Below, piece by piece: positions 44,948 through 57,929 of a stretch of 64,000 nucleotides of DNA. The DNA comes from Stylophora pistillata. Taxonomy: Eukaryota. The stretch is from the NCBI RefSeq assembly GCF_002571385.2, contig NW_019217845.1:227452-291451 (forward strand). The letters are read 5' to 3'. The position numbers were made by a program, and so were the translations under genes. Every line of letters starts with the position of its first letter. Position 1 is the stretch's first letter. The notes under the pieces are model-generated. The model searched no databases and was not told the DNA's origin. It saw only the letters and a program-made list of their open reading frames with translations.

Positions 44948-47414
44948 CTGAGAAAACATACAAAGGCAATTAATTTTGTTGGCTGGCAAGAAATAATCAT
45001 GGACGTTTGCAAGTCGTTCACTTAAAGGATCAGTTAAGCCTCTTTCATTAAATTCCTTTGTTGTTTTATTTCTTTATTTTATCCCAAGCAGTTATGAGTT
45101 TATAGATTTCTGATCCTTTGTCATAACAGCTGTTTTCTGATGCTAATAATGGCTTGGAATAAATCTCAGCCAAACAAACAATTTTGCTCCCGAACCTAAA
45201 CATAGCACGCAAGTTCATTAAAAAATATCACTAAACTAACAATAACACTGAGATAAATATCTCCGATTTTGGGGATAAAAAAAGAAAACTCAGAGTATAT
45301 ACATCATTATATCGTTCAAGTAAAAGGAGACTCCAAATATAGTCTCTGAAATACAACCACACAGAGGTACAAAGCTTTTCTGTTGATTTTCCAAAGAACT
45401 GGAATAAATGCACGCGAAGGGTTTATTTGTTTTGTGCATCGGTGGTTTTCCCTTACAAACAATTATTGTAAAGTTCTGTTGTGTGTTTAGCTATGAATTA
45501 TGCAAAGAAACAAGAGAACTGGCAAAAATTAGGCGATCAACAATCTAAAAGCGCTCTCAAGCTGTTATGCTTGCTTTAAAAACGTGCCAATCTCATCTGA
45601 CAACATTTCTTGAAAATTACGTGAAAAGACCATACCAGCGTTTAATCACTGAAAGAGTTTAATTCACTTGAGTAAACTACTGCTTCGTTAAGAAGGCGTA
45701 ACTTCGATAAAAGTTTTGGAAATAACTCGAAAAAAGTTTTTAAAGAATATCGCTAACAGGCGCTCCTAGAGGGCTGGATCTTAATTGATTTGCGGCAATA
45801 TACCAGAATTGAAACACGTGGAAAAATCCCATAATTACGTTGACAATGGAAGCATGTTGAGCTGGGTAAAAAACAAGAACAATATCCAACAGTGAACAAA
45901 GAACGAAGCGGTCTGTATTGGAAGCCACGACAATGATCTAATGATAACTTTGATCGATGATTCTAAAGTAACCTAACAAAATACTAATCCCTGAAATCTA
46001 TGAAAGAAATTGCATTTGTACATTTGCATAAGCGTGCTGTTTTCTTTGGCGCTGAAACAAAAGCGTTGGTGGTTAAAATCGTTCCGCCTTCAGTCAAACA
46101 CACGCTTTCTTACTAGAATTTACACAAACTCGCCGACAAAGTCAAAACTCATTTAAGTTGCGTAATAACTGCTTCGTATAAATCTAGAACGAACTTTGCA
46201 CTAGTTATAAAATTCGTCGAATATTATAATTACAATATCTACGGTAAGCTTGATAAATCAATCGCTTTGTTTTTTTTTATATCAAGAAAACCATAACTTT
46301 GGTAAACAAAGTTAACAATTGCTACGAAGAAAAGCTTTTGCATTAAAATTACTTCATCTATTGTCGATGATGAGCTACGATCTTGCTTTCAGCCTGTCTT
46401 TTAAATTTATCATGCATCAAAATTAAAATAAAATAAACCATGTTGGTTATATTGATAACGTCTGAAACGCGCCCTAGAAAAGTGGAGCAACTAATTTGTA
46501 ATGAAAAGGGATAACTCTATTAATCTTCAGCATATTCCATTACCAGCAAAAATTAACTTATAACGTTGATTGAAATTTTCTCTATTCATTGAGAGAGGTG
46601 AATAATGTAAACAGTTTAAACCGCATAATAAATCTGTCTTCGTGCCCCCGTAACTTAGCCCCACAATACGATTTTAAACACTATGGTAATTCTTATATTG
46701 TAGGGATGGAAACCTTTTTGGCTGTTATCAACGCCTTTAAAATTTATTTAAAAATTCAATCCATTTAAAGCACAAGAACTTTGGCGCATTGATTTCGCCA
46801 GCCCAACGGCCTTCTCTCTCAGTATGAAATATAATGTTCTCGCGTTCTAATCTGGAAGAAACAGTGAAACCTTAAGGGAGTTAGGTCAAGAATATCTCTT
46901 GTTTTGGAAACAAACACATCTTGTAGAGATACCCTAGCAGTGTTTAAACGCACGAGGATTCCAAGAATAATAACTTAAAAATTGACAGAATTCAGGGCAT
47001 AGAAGACAGCTGCCGATAAAAAGGCTTTCAAATTCAAAACAAAATTGAAACATCAGCTTCGTCAGTTTCCGTAAATTTTGAAAACCTCTTCTGTCGCCAG
47101 TCAAAAATATCAAGTACTATTATTTCTGAATCTCGACTTTTCTTCGAGTCGATTTGACGAAACCTTTATAAAACTATACATAAAATAGAGAGCTATGTAA
47201 AGAAATTATCAAAACTGTACATTTTCAAACCGGATATGTGTAAGTCAAACACGCTTCAAAATTCGCCAGCCTGTCGAAATTTCTTTCCAAATATAAACTC
47301 TCAAACAAAATTGAAGTTTCTTATTTAACGATCAGAACTGTCAATGATGACCAAAATCTCCCCTCTCGCTCGTGATAATCAGAAGCGCTGAATGTTTTAT
47401 CATCTGATACTTAC

Positions 47415-47446
47415 GGCTGCGCCAATTTTTCCCAGAAGGACGCCAT
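47415..47446 (-). CDS. Candidate proximal first coding exon of the SxIP gene (MASFWEKLAQP)
   Basis: aaATGG start, 32 nt, donor gtaagt; phase 2 joins the 44947 exon in frame. Confidence 0.5.
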
Positions 47447-49805
47447 TTCTCCATGCGACTGTAATTCGCTCGCCCGAGATCGTTCGTACTTTTGACAGGT
47501 AAATGACACTCCAGAGCGCCGATCATCGAATATTCTTGCCGTTCATTGCATTCGAAACAACGTTTGTGCCATCACGGACGTACTTTTTTAATTCGTGATA
47601 TTAAAAGCAAGTAGAGCGGTGGTGACATTCCCTCATTCTGACCATTCTGACGTTTCTCCAATAAATACACATACAACCTCAACCACAATTCAGCGGTCAT
47701 AGACAAGTTATATAGTATTGGCTTCGAAAAATTTCAGGGCTGCGAAAAAGTCATTTGAATTTCCTTCAAAAATCCACCCTTGCGATTGTCTGGCGGTTTT
47801 TTCTAAATATATACAGATGACTGAATCAAAACTGACAAACTGAAGACTTATTTACATTTGTCGATGATTTGACTTGCTGTAAGTACGCCTGGCAACAGAG
47901 CCTATCAAAACCCAACAGAAGACAATACTCATATTTTTTGACCATTTGGGTGCGACCGACCATGTGATGCATAATTTATGAGCGCCCAAAATAATAACAG
48001 TAATAATTACTGGGTCGCGACGACTGCGAAATTTTCTGAACTAATCATTCGGAAGGGAGGCAGAAAATTTTGGTGTGAGCGTCTAATCGCTATAACAAAT
48101 TAAATACTGGGTGTTCTCTGCGAAAGATGTCTTACTAGACAGTTTTAGAGTAGGCTTTAATACAAATATCCGTCTGATTGTAATTTTGACAGGTGATGGA
48201 TTTCACCGATGTTTGATAGAGGGCATATGCTTAAGCTAAAAGTAACATTTTTCACCAGCTCTCAAAAAATGTTTCCACAGTACTTATTTATATAAGAAAT
48301 TTCGCTTTCGCCTGTGAGTGTATTGGTTTGATTTCACATTAAAGGGATGTCGGCTATTCAAAAAATTTTCACCCACCTAACACAATTTGCATAGGGCATA
48401 GAGACATTTGTTACAAACGATTCTACGCAGTTATCCATACATGTGAAAAGGGGAAAAGGATAAGAGATAATCTACGTTTCTTTCTGCCTTGAGGCGGAAA
48501 GCGGAAAGTTTCGAAAGCACATTTCGTAACGTTTTATTCGGAACGCCTCCCAGAAATCGCAAATTTCGTCTCGTTATTTTCACTCAACCCCATCTGTAGA
48601 TCCTTTGTAAACGCACTGACAATGTTTACAAGCATGTGCGTCGAACTCATCTTCGCATCAATGTAAACACAAATTCGATAGCAATTTCCACTCTTTCGAT
48701 TGCACTTTACAAACGTTTCACAATCTCAAATAATCAGATCTCCCAAACAAAAGAAAAGATTTCACATACGTCACAGAAGCATTCTATCCTAGTCGATTAA
48801 TGTACCAGCTACATTTCAAGAACTGTTCGAATAACAAACCAAGCTACATTTCCGTTACAAAGACTCACAATAAAATTTGGACGCACTCGAAATCGTTCAA
48901 CTTGCCAGCGTTTAAGTGCGAGTTAGATGTCATCTGCACACACAGAAAAGGCGTTTAAATCGATTCTACTTAAATTCAAACTATCTAGACGCAAAGAAAA
49001 CAGAAGTCTGAATGAAGTTTAGAAGTTTACACGCGCCCAAACATTTGGTGTTAAACGAAAGCGGGTGTCACTTACCAAAGGCTTATTGTGGAAGTGATGA
49101 ACGGTATCCCACGATTTCACACAAAAATTTCGCAGCCGATCTCCGTGACTCAGATCAGGTCGTGAATAACAGCGGGTTCATTGAAAAATTTTGCTGAATA
49201 CATGCTGACAAAGAGACGGGTTATGCAAATGAGAGGGTTCCGCGACAAATTTTACTTCCACTTTGGCACAGCGGAAGCACCATCACCTAAACGCTGTAAA
49301 GCAGCCAATCAGGGATCAGCTTTTCCTGAAGCTGCCTCCCGTCATACGAGTTTCTGTTTGTTATTGTTTGAAGTACAGGAAGTTTGCAATTTAAAAGCTT
49401 TTCACGATCAAGCGCATTGTATTCAAGGTACAATATCGCCATTACACAATCTGTTTCATAAAGTTAGTCGCACTTTTTCGCGTGACGTAAGCTACTAATT
49501 TACAAAGCATCGTAATAGTGTGAAATTTCTTGCGTTTCCTACACGACGTAGGTATGAGAAACTCTATCCCTGCTTGCCATCCTTCTAAATTTTTTCTCAT
49601 CCCACTTGAGACTCGAAGCCAACACAGCGGTCTGATAACATCTTCAAAATACTGATATTCTCTACTCCAAACAGACCTTTGACCTGCGTGTCCACGATAC
49701 AACAGCCTTCCACAATGAGAATCAGTGGCGCGCGGAACGGGTGCACAGTATAATGATAACGAAGTTTCCATTTCATTTCAGAATAAAAAATCATTTGCAA
49801 ATTCT

Positions 49806-50370
49806 AACAGCGCCAAATTTACTGGGAGACCATTTGAACTGGGTACAATCGAAAACAAATATCTTCATAAATGGAGTATACCTTTTACTACAGTTTCAAG
49901 TTATTATTCAGGTTGATTGTGCTCCGAGTCAGTGTTTAAAATTGATACGCAAATGAGTCGTGATTTGCGTGGCTCTTAATTATATCTGACTTAAAGAGCC
50001 TTTGACACGAATCATGAACGCATCCATCCACCAGAAGCACGTACATCACCGAAACAACTGTAGCAAGCAAGAAAACAATAGCATTAAAAACAACAGCGCC
50101 AAAGTTATTTGGAGACCCTTTGAAACTGTGTACACTCGAAAGTAAACATCTTCAAAAATGGACCATGCCTTTCATTAAAGTTTCAAGTTTTTGTTCAGGT
50201 TGGTTGCACTCGACTCTGAATACAAACTCGATATGCAATTGACTTGCGATTTGTGTGGCTCGTAATTGTATGTGACTTAAAGAGCCTCTGGCACGAATCA
50301 TGAACGCATCAACCAGAAGCACGTACATCAACGAAACAACTGCAGTATGGAAGATAACAACAGCTTTAAA
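49806..50370. repeat. Diverged ~285-bp tandem duplication
   Basis: aacagcgccaaa...gacttaaagagcct...cacgaatcatgaacgcatc..accagaagcacgtacatca.cgaaacaactg occurs at 49806-50088 and at 50091-50370. Confidence 0.75.
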
Positions 50371-51254
50371 TATAAAGCTTTGATCTCTTAAGAGTTAAAT
50401 CGCTTTAAAATGCCAAAACATACCGAAACAAGTTTCTATGACAGACGCTAATATTTGGCAAAATATTCCATTTATTTTATTTATACGGCTCCTTCATTTT
50501 CTGATTTATTTGCAACACAACAAAAAATACGTCCCAAAACTAGTGAACGACCTTCATTAAACTGAGTCCTCCATTTGAACGCTTTGTTTTTTTTTACAAT
50601 TTTTCAGTTTTGATAAATTATGAAACATGTACTTTCTCCAAACACCTGATCAAAATGGCGATCCAAATTAAAACATTTGAACTGCTGCCAGTGGCATTTT
50701 AGAAAGATTTGAAGCCAAGATTCTCTCTGACTTGCAGTAGACAAGTAACAAAACATCTAGCTGAATATTTCCTCCAGGGGTGGCCGGCAGAGGTTATGCG
50801 AGAAACCACATGAGAGTTTCAGTCTGCAACCCATTTGCAGAAATGGCTTGAATAACAGCTACACAGTTAGATCTTTTAATTTCTTTTAGTAAAAATCGTT
50901 TTTTGTCTGCAGTTAATTAGATGATTACTTCACTCCTATATAAAATCTGCAAGAGCAACAGCGTGTGTCTCACCCCCATTCCAGTAAAAAACATACAAAA
51001 GCTAACTTTAACCCCACCCCTGAGAGATGACAAGATACTTTTTTTTTTCTCATACACATTTTCAACCAACCACCCCTCTCCTGGGAAAAACAAGAGCCTT
51101 TGGACTGAGCGAAAAAAGTGTTGACTGCTCAACCTAGCCAATAAAGTCATCCAATATTCACGAGGGTAAAAAGAAAAAAGAAAAAAATTGTTAATTTGTT
51201 TTGAATTTTTGACGGTACGATGGACATGAGAAAAATAAAAACTGTTGTTGTGAA

Positions 51255-51437
51255 TAGACCACTTTCATAAATGGCTGCCGGATTAATATTCTTTTGTTTA
51301 AATTTAAGTTAGCCTTTCTGGCCTCGTTCTCTAGTACAAAATTCAAAAGAATACATTATCTCAAGCGAGGCCAGAAAGGCTAATTTCAATTTCAACAAAA
51401 GAATATTAATCCGGCAGCCATTTTTGAAAGTGGTCAA
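51255..51437. mobile_element. Hairpin MITE
   Basis: gaccactttc..aaatggctgccggattaatattcttttgtt...tagcctttctggcctcg arm and its inverse. Confidence 0.7.
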
Positions 51438-54400
51438 TATCAACCAAATTTGAGCCGATCAATTCAAGTCTAGACATGCATAGTGTCGGGTGATTTTCAT
51501 ATTTCACTGAAAGCTGCGCGGTCAGCGAGTCTTCATTATTAGTTCAAGCTTACGAACTGAAGATTGCAAAGTGGACAACATACATGAATTAGTCATCAAA
51601 ATTGGAGAATCGAAAACTTCCAGACTTGCACTCGTGTTTACCCTTCGGCGACTGCACACATGATGTAATGTCTATTTTGTCAAAAAATGTAATGGCGTAA
51701 AAAGGTTGTGAGTCATCGAAAACCAAACAAAAAGTGAATGAAATTGATTAGTTACATTACACCTAAGTTATTGCACACAATAAAACTGAACAAGTTGTTT
51801 TCTGAAACCGCTGTCAAGACTCTCTGATTCCTAATTTATATTTAGAAAGTTGCATCGATCTTCTTTTTCGATTAGGGATTCATTTCATCACAAATCCGAT
51901 CTATAAAAAAAACAGAGTTGAATGAAAGTCCCAGTTTTAGCCGAAGAAACGGTTGAAAGTGTATCTGATCATAAAGAAAAGAGCGAAAAACGGGAAAAAT
52001 GACGAGATATGCGAACGGAACGGCGACGAGATGATAAGATCTAAATACTAGTGGCGATGAATATTTTAAGAGCGATCCTTGACAGCGTTTTCATACACGA
52101 AATAAAACAAAACCGCGCCATTCCATTTCGACATTTCAGATGAACAAAAAAAGAAACAGCTTTCTACGTAGACGAAATGTAATAGTTAAAATCTACCGCA
52201 TTACTCTAACCTTTGTGGTTCCCTTTCACCGAAAGAAGCCAGCATATCACTACAGATGTTTGGGCGAAGAAAAATATAACGTATAGACTGCTGACCAAGT
52301 TTTTAACGGAAGTGCGGTCGATATTATCTGCCGTATGCGATATTTTTTTGCCCCCAAACAATAAAACCGCGTCTGTTAGCGAGTGGACCTCTATATAAAC
52401 TCACGAACTGGATCGGAAGAAAAACACCAAAGTTGCCACATGCTTTACTTTGATCGTCCAAACAATCGGATTTACTGAAATGTGATCTGTCTCATTTTTA
52501 TTACTCGTCACTTTTATCATAATCTATGGTGTCAAAATTAACACATCCCATATGAGTGTCTCAAGTCCGGAAATTTCCAGACGCATCGAGTAAGGTGGTC
52601 GAGGGAAAAATCTACGCTTTGCGCGAGAACTCTGGATTTTTTTATCTTCTTTTAATCCAAAGAAGTTATCATGCTCTATCAAAGCAAACTGTTTCCCACG
52701 AGAAGAAGAGTTTTTCAACGATGAGGAAATGCATGCATCGCATGGCTGCAATTTTGAATGCCAAAGATGCCACTCGTTTTCATATCCCAGATAAACTGAG
52801 AGGTTTGAAATCGGACGGAAAGGTCCAGTCACCTCGATTTAACCCTTGGCTACATATCGCTTAAAGCATGGGAAGGAGAGAGAGAGCGGATGGCTTTATC
52901 TAACCCATGTACCAAACGTCCGTTTTAAAGGAATAAGATAATGGATTTAGTGAATTCTTGGTGAACTCAGCACCTGTTTTCTTCTTCCAGCCGGGGTTTA
53001 GCACTTTAAAATAGCTCCAAGGTTGAAGTAAGTTAAGAATTTCAAACACGAGCGCAGTATTCAGTTGTTTTAGAATCTTACATCTCGTGATCTTGTGAAG
53101 TGAAATAAACAAGGCTTGACTTTGAGTAATTTTTAAAAAGGGCTGAGCGCAAAACTTGTGATCGGCTTTGAAGAAATCCCATTATTTTAAAGTAGTCATT
53201 TGATATGTATGGTCTGTGGTCATGGGCGTAAAAATCATACGAACACAGACCACGCGAAAACGGAGAACGCCCTTAAATTCCTTCACTTAGCTCAAAAGTT
53301 ATTTTATAAGCTGCGCATCATCGTATCATATACAGCTGGCCTTTCAGAAAACCATCTTAAACAAAATTATTAACACAGGAATCGCTTTAACTTTGATAAA
53401 ATCTTTTCTACATCAAAATCGACACCGATTTTGACACCTCTACCGAGCAAACCAACCCTGAACACTCATCTTTAAAGGCTAAAGTCCTTGAGCTCATAAA
53501 GCGTGGATGGTGAAATCCCGCTCTGATTTGCCAAATTATTACTCTTCTTGTTGTTTCTTTTTCCATTGCATTTGTCCAGCTAGGTTCCCCATATAAACCC
53601 TGCTTGATTTTTAAGGACCTCGCCTAATCTCAAACGAAAAGGAAAATTAATTAAACTTGTCCATGTCGTTTACGTATATTTCCATGACAATAAACCACAA
53701 TTTTCTTCCGCGTGAACACGATGAAAAGTCCAGATATGATGGGTGTACGTGATCGAGTTCAATCCCTATTTTCAATAGATTATAATCCACTCAAATTTCA
53801 TCTTTAATCAGCGCTACTTACATTGAATGTTTTAAGAGGAACAGAAAATGATATGAAATTCTCTGAAATTGAGTATGAATTATGTCTATTGAATATCGAG
53901 CCTCCTCGACGACAAATTCTCAAAAACTGAATAACTGCCTAATAGACTAAATTGTCGGCGTGAAATTTAGTTTTAAAAATTAAAGCCATTCATTATTCAT
54001 GTTTGAATGCATCTAAGTTTTCCTTTCCTTCGATGCTTAGCAACATGACTAACAGATCCCACATCATTAATATAATATCTCACGTTCGAATTCACATTCA
54101 CGTAGATTAATCAAAGCTTGGATATTAAGCATGTCCTAATTCTCCGATAAACAAAAAGGTGATCCGACCTAATCTAAATATCTTCCTAAACGTGATTTGC
54201 AACAGTTAGTAAACTTAAGCTGGAGCCTTTCAGAAAAGTTTGAGGGATATCTATTGTTCTATTTTGTTGAATAAAATTGCCGTGGAGATTAGTATTGACG
54301 ATAATGAAACAAGAGATTTTGAATTGGAACAATGTGGTAGTAAAAACAAATATGTCAAAAAATGCAATAAAAATTTTTTACTGAGAACGCGTAAGAAGTC

Positions 54401-55795
54401 AACAAATTTACTATAGAACTAAGTTGTAAGGATTCTCCACAGTATGAAATTATCTTTTATACTTCCTTGCTTACTATGAAACCATAAACAATTTAGCGAT
54501 TGTTTTCAATTAAGAGATGATGTCACCATGCCTTTATTTTCTTTCGTTTCAGTTTCCGAGTTCACTTTGCCATTTTTCAGGGCACTCAAAGGAAAATTTC
54601 GACTACTGCTATGGCAATTGATGGTTTCAGTGGGAACGTTATCATAAGTGAACATTCTTGTTATTTTAGTTGCAACTGAAAATATTTATATCGAAAATAA
54701 AGTCTAGTTTTGTTTAAACAGATGTCATTCAGGTTGGAATTTGGAACAAATTTCAGAAGTTCGCAATAACAAACTGACAGCTTTTGTCGTAAAATATCAA
54801 CTGGATAAGCGTGACTTCGAAGAAGTAAATATTTTTAAAAAATTGAAGGTTCAAATACGAGCTAAGGAAACTAATACAACAGCTTATTCTGTCGATAGTC
54901 TAACTTTAGTCAAACACGCATCTTGCGATCTTCATTATATTGTTACTCAAACTGTTACATATAAATGATTTAGAGCGAATCAAAGGTCTTCCCGTTATGT
55001 TTCGAATCTACAGGCACAAAATGTTTAAAGGAATAGTATTTTTCTACAAGTCGTGTAATTGTTGTACATAATATGGAGCGGTTTACTCGCTCGAAACCGA
55101 TGTTGACTATCTTACTTGAATCTAAATATGGAGCACGAATGGGGTTTGACAAAATTACCGATATATCCAGTCCCCGCCGACTTTCAAATCTACTGGGAGC
55201 GACGAACACTGTTTTCTATGTTTTCAAACTAGCGTGTGACAAATTTTGTAATTATCAGTCATAATTTTGCTCGAAAGTTCATGATATTTATCACAGATTT
55301 ATAAAAATCTAATTTTTCTTTATTACCAGGCAACAGATCGAAAAATAACATTACAAATGCTTGATGGTTTCTTGTTTAGTTCCAGACTAGCTTTTAAGAA
55401 AAGGATGTATTTAAAAGCGTTCGTTGTTCTGCTCATTGTCTCGTTAGTCTTAAAAAATCGTAGAATGAAAGTAGATGATGGAGATGTTGGTCTTCAAAGC
55501 CTTTGATACGTAGAGATTTTGACAAGTACTTCGGTGAAAACATAAAGACTTTTTGTATGACACTTAAAACTACTTTGAAAATATATTTTTGATGGGTTCA
55601 GTTAGCGTAAAAAGCGAAGAGAAGCAGTTTTAAATACAAATGTTCTCTAACACCTGCCACTTTCGAATCATTCATCATTCCCGCGAAAAATGAAAACATT
55701 CGAACACACACCCTATTTCAATCCCAGGTTTCGTTACAGCTTGACATGACAAAAAAATACTTGAAGAAACCTGTACTATCATAACTTGTACTTAC

Positions 55796-55993
55796 AGAGA
55801 TGGATCTTTGCGATCAGTTTGCTCCCGAGGCAAATCCAAAATCCTGCAAATGGAAGAGGTTTGAAGATGTGAACTGCGCGAGTAACATTAAACAATACGC
55901 CACTCCCAATCCACCAATGGCGATTATGTATTCGAATCAAGCCAATAAAGTTTATGTTTACCTCTTGCGTTCTTTAAGCCGTAAGCCTTCCAT
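55796..55993 (-). CDS. Candidate distal first two coding exons of the SxIP gene (55993-55962 and 55843-55796; MEGLRLKERKRILDLPREQTDRKDPSL)
   Basis: attATGG start, donors gtaaac and gtaagt, acceptor tttgcag; both junctions phase 2 and in frame with the 44947 exon; CCAAT at ~56237. Confidence 0.45.
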
Positions 55994-57544
55994 AATGTTC
56001 TAGACGCTTCGCGAAGGAACGCCGATTTCTTCCAGTACCCTATGAAATTCTTCGTCATGCGGAAACCGAAAAATAAAAGTTATCTCGATCCTATTGCTGT
56101 TTACGGCGAAAAATTCTGACGAGCAATGAACTTAGATGACTTTCGGTAGACGAACAGGTGAAAGAAAAAACACCAACAAAATTTATGCCAAATCCCTCCT
56201 AGCGTCCGTTCGAATTATATCATATTCTTCGTTATGATTGGACAGGCGGCAAAAAGATTCATACTTAATTGTATTTAAATCACAAATTTAATGAAAAAAT
56301 ATTCGTAATTCGAGTTTGGTTTCTTGAGGACGCGGCCAGATAAAAAGATCAATTAGATTACACGAGTGCGTCTGAAATTATTTATAAATTGTTTTAATTT
56401 TTTGCCCTCAGGCAGACGTTTTTAAGAAGAAAAACTGTTTTGAAATTGAAAATAGAAAACCGTTTAATTGTGCAGAAGTGGATAGCCAAACACCAGAGTT
56501 CTCGGATCTTTTTTTCAGATTAGTCCGACATTTTACCTACCAGTTTTCAAAATATTCAATACAATTTTTTCTATTGATTTTTTTTTGGAAAAAGCTAAAA
56601 CGTTTGATAAGAATCAAAGGTCAAAGATCAGTGCCTGTGTTTGTATAATACCTTTAAGACTTCAAAATTCTTGGTTACATTAATTTCCAGCAACAGCTTC
56701 CCACCTTTGCTCCAGAGTCGCTACGAAAGTTTAAAATTCTAGAAGTGTTTCTACAACAAAAAGATACTTTCTGATAACTTTGTTTTCTCTTTTTTGTTTG
56801 ACTTAAAAATATATGTAGTGATAAATGTGTGCTATTTACAAGGAACAAATTCATTTTCAGGTGAGACGAATTTCAAGTCATGATCTGTAATCGTTTTTGC
56901 AACAAAAAAAAGCTTCATTACAGCTAACATTGGGGAGTTCCCAATCTGTGAAAAGGTAAATTTTGCAATTAATCCTATTGTTCCCATATTCTAAAAGTGA
57001 TTTCTCTCAACTGATAAAAAAACAAAATTTAATAATTTGCTGGTCATGCAAATTTTGTATCACATCCCAAAAACGTCATCTGGTTGATAATCTTTTTAAT
57101 TCGCACTACCTACCTATCTTTTGACATGCAGTAAATCATTGTGAGGTGCTGATTACACCTCTGAGTCAAAGGGTTAAAAGATTACAATAATCAATAGCAC
57201 CACAGATTATTCACAAATGAGAAAAAAATTATTAATTAATGAATTACTTAACTCTGAATAGTTTGAGAGAAAATAGAAAAAAAAAAAAACGGTAATGCCA
57301 GGCGTCTTTGTAATCAAAATTTTGTATCCATTTTTCCAGATATTCCAAGTTCAGAATGGCTGGAGTGAGTTATAGTGATACAAATTTCTAATTGCAATGT
57401 TTGTGAATCTCAAGAAGAGCTGTTTTCTTCCACCAAGTATGTTTGATAAGAAAAAAAGGTGGATAATCAATCAGTAGAAAATCTTTTTATCGTTCAAAAT
57501 TGTTTCATTTTGGTCAAACATTGACATGAAATTATTACAAGTAC

Positions 57545-57725
57545 CGGGGCTCAACACTAACTTTTCAACTTACTAGCCCAGTGGCTATTAACAACTTAGA
57601 TGTTACTGAACAACAATTTCAGTTTGTTTACTTGCCAAACTGGCTGGAGGAAATCCAAAACCACTAGCCAAAACTGAATTTCTACCAGTCTGTGGCTAGT
57701 TGGCAACTGTTAGTTTTGATCCCTG
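57545..57725. mobile_element. hAT-like MITE, second copy at 62526-62695
   Basis: gggctcaacactaa...gtctgtggctagttggc.actgttagt...ccctg shared between the copies. Confidence 0.7.
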
Positions 57726-57929
57726 AGTACCTTAAAAACATTTTTTTAAAAATACATCAGAAAAATAAAATAAGTTAAACAGTTTTCTTTCAAAGACTTA
57801 TATTTTAGATAGTTCTACATGTGCAACAACATCACTCAGGTATACTGAACCAACTCAAGTCTTCTTTCATTCAAACAGGGCTATCATTAGTTTCTAATTG
57901 ACGTCACTGTCCCAGAATATAATTATGCA

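Noticed and set aside
44948-45021. ORF-track N-terminus MNDLQTSMIISC...
   Set aside because: GTG start, and overlaps a clear polypyrimidine/CAG acceptor; intronic.
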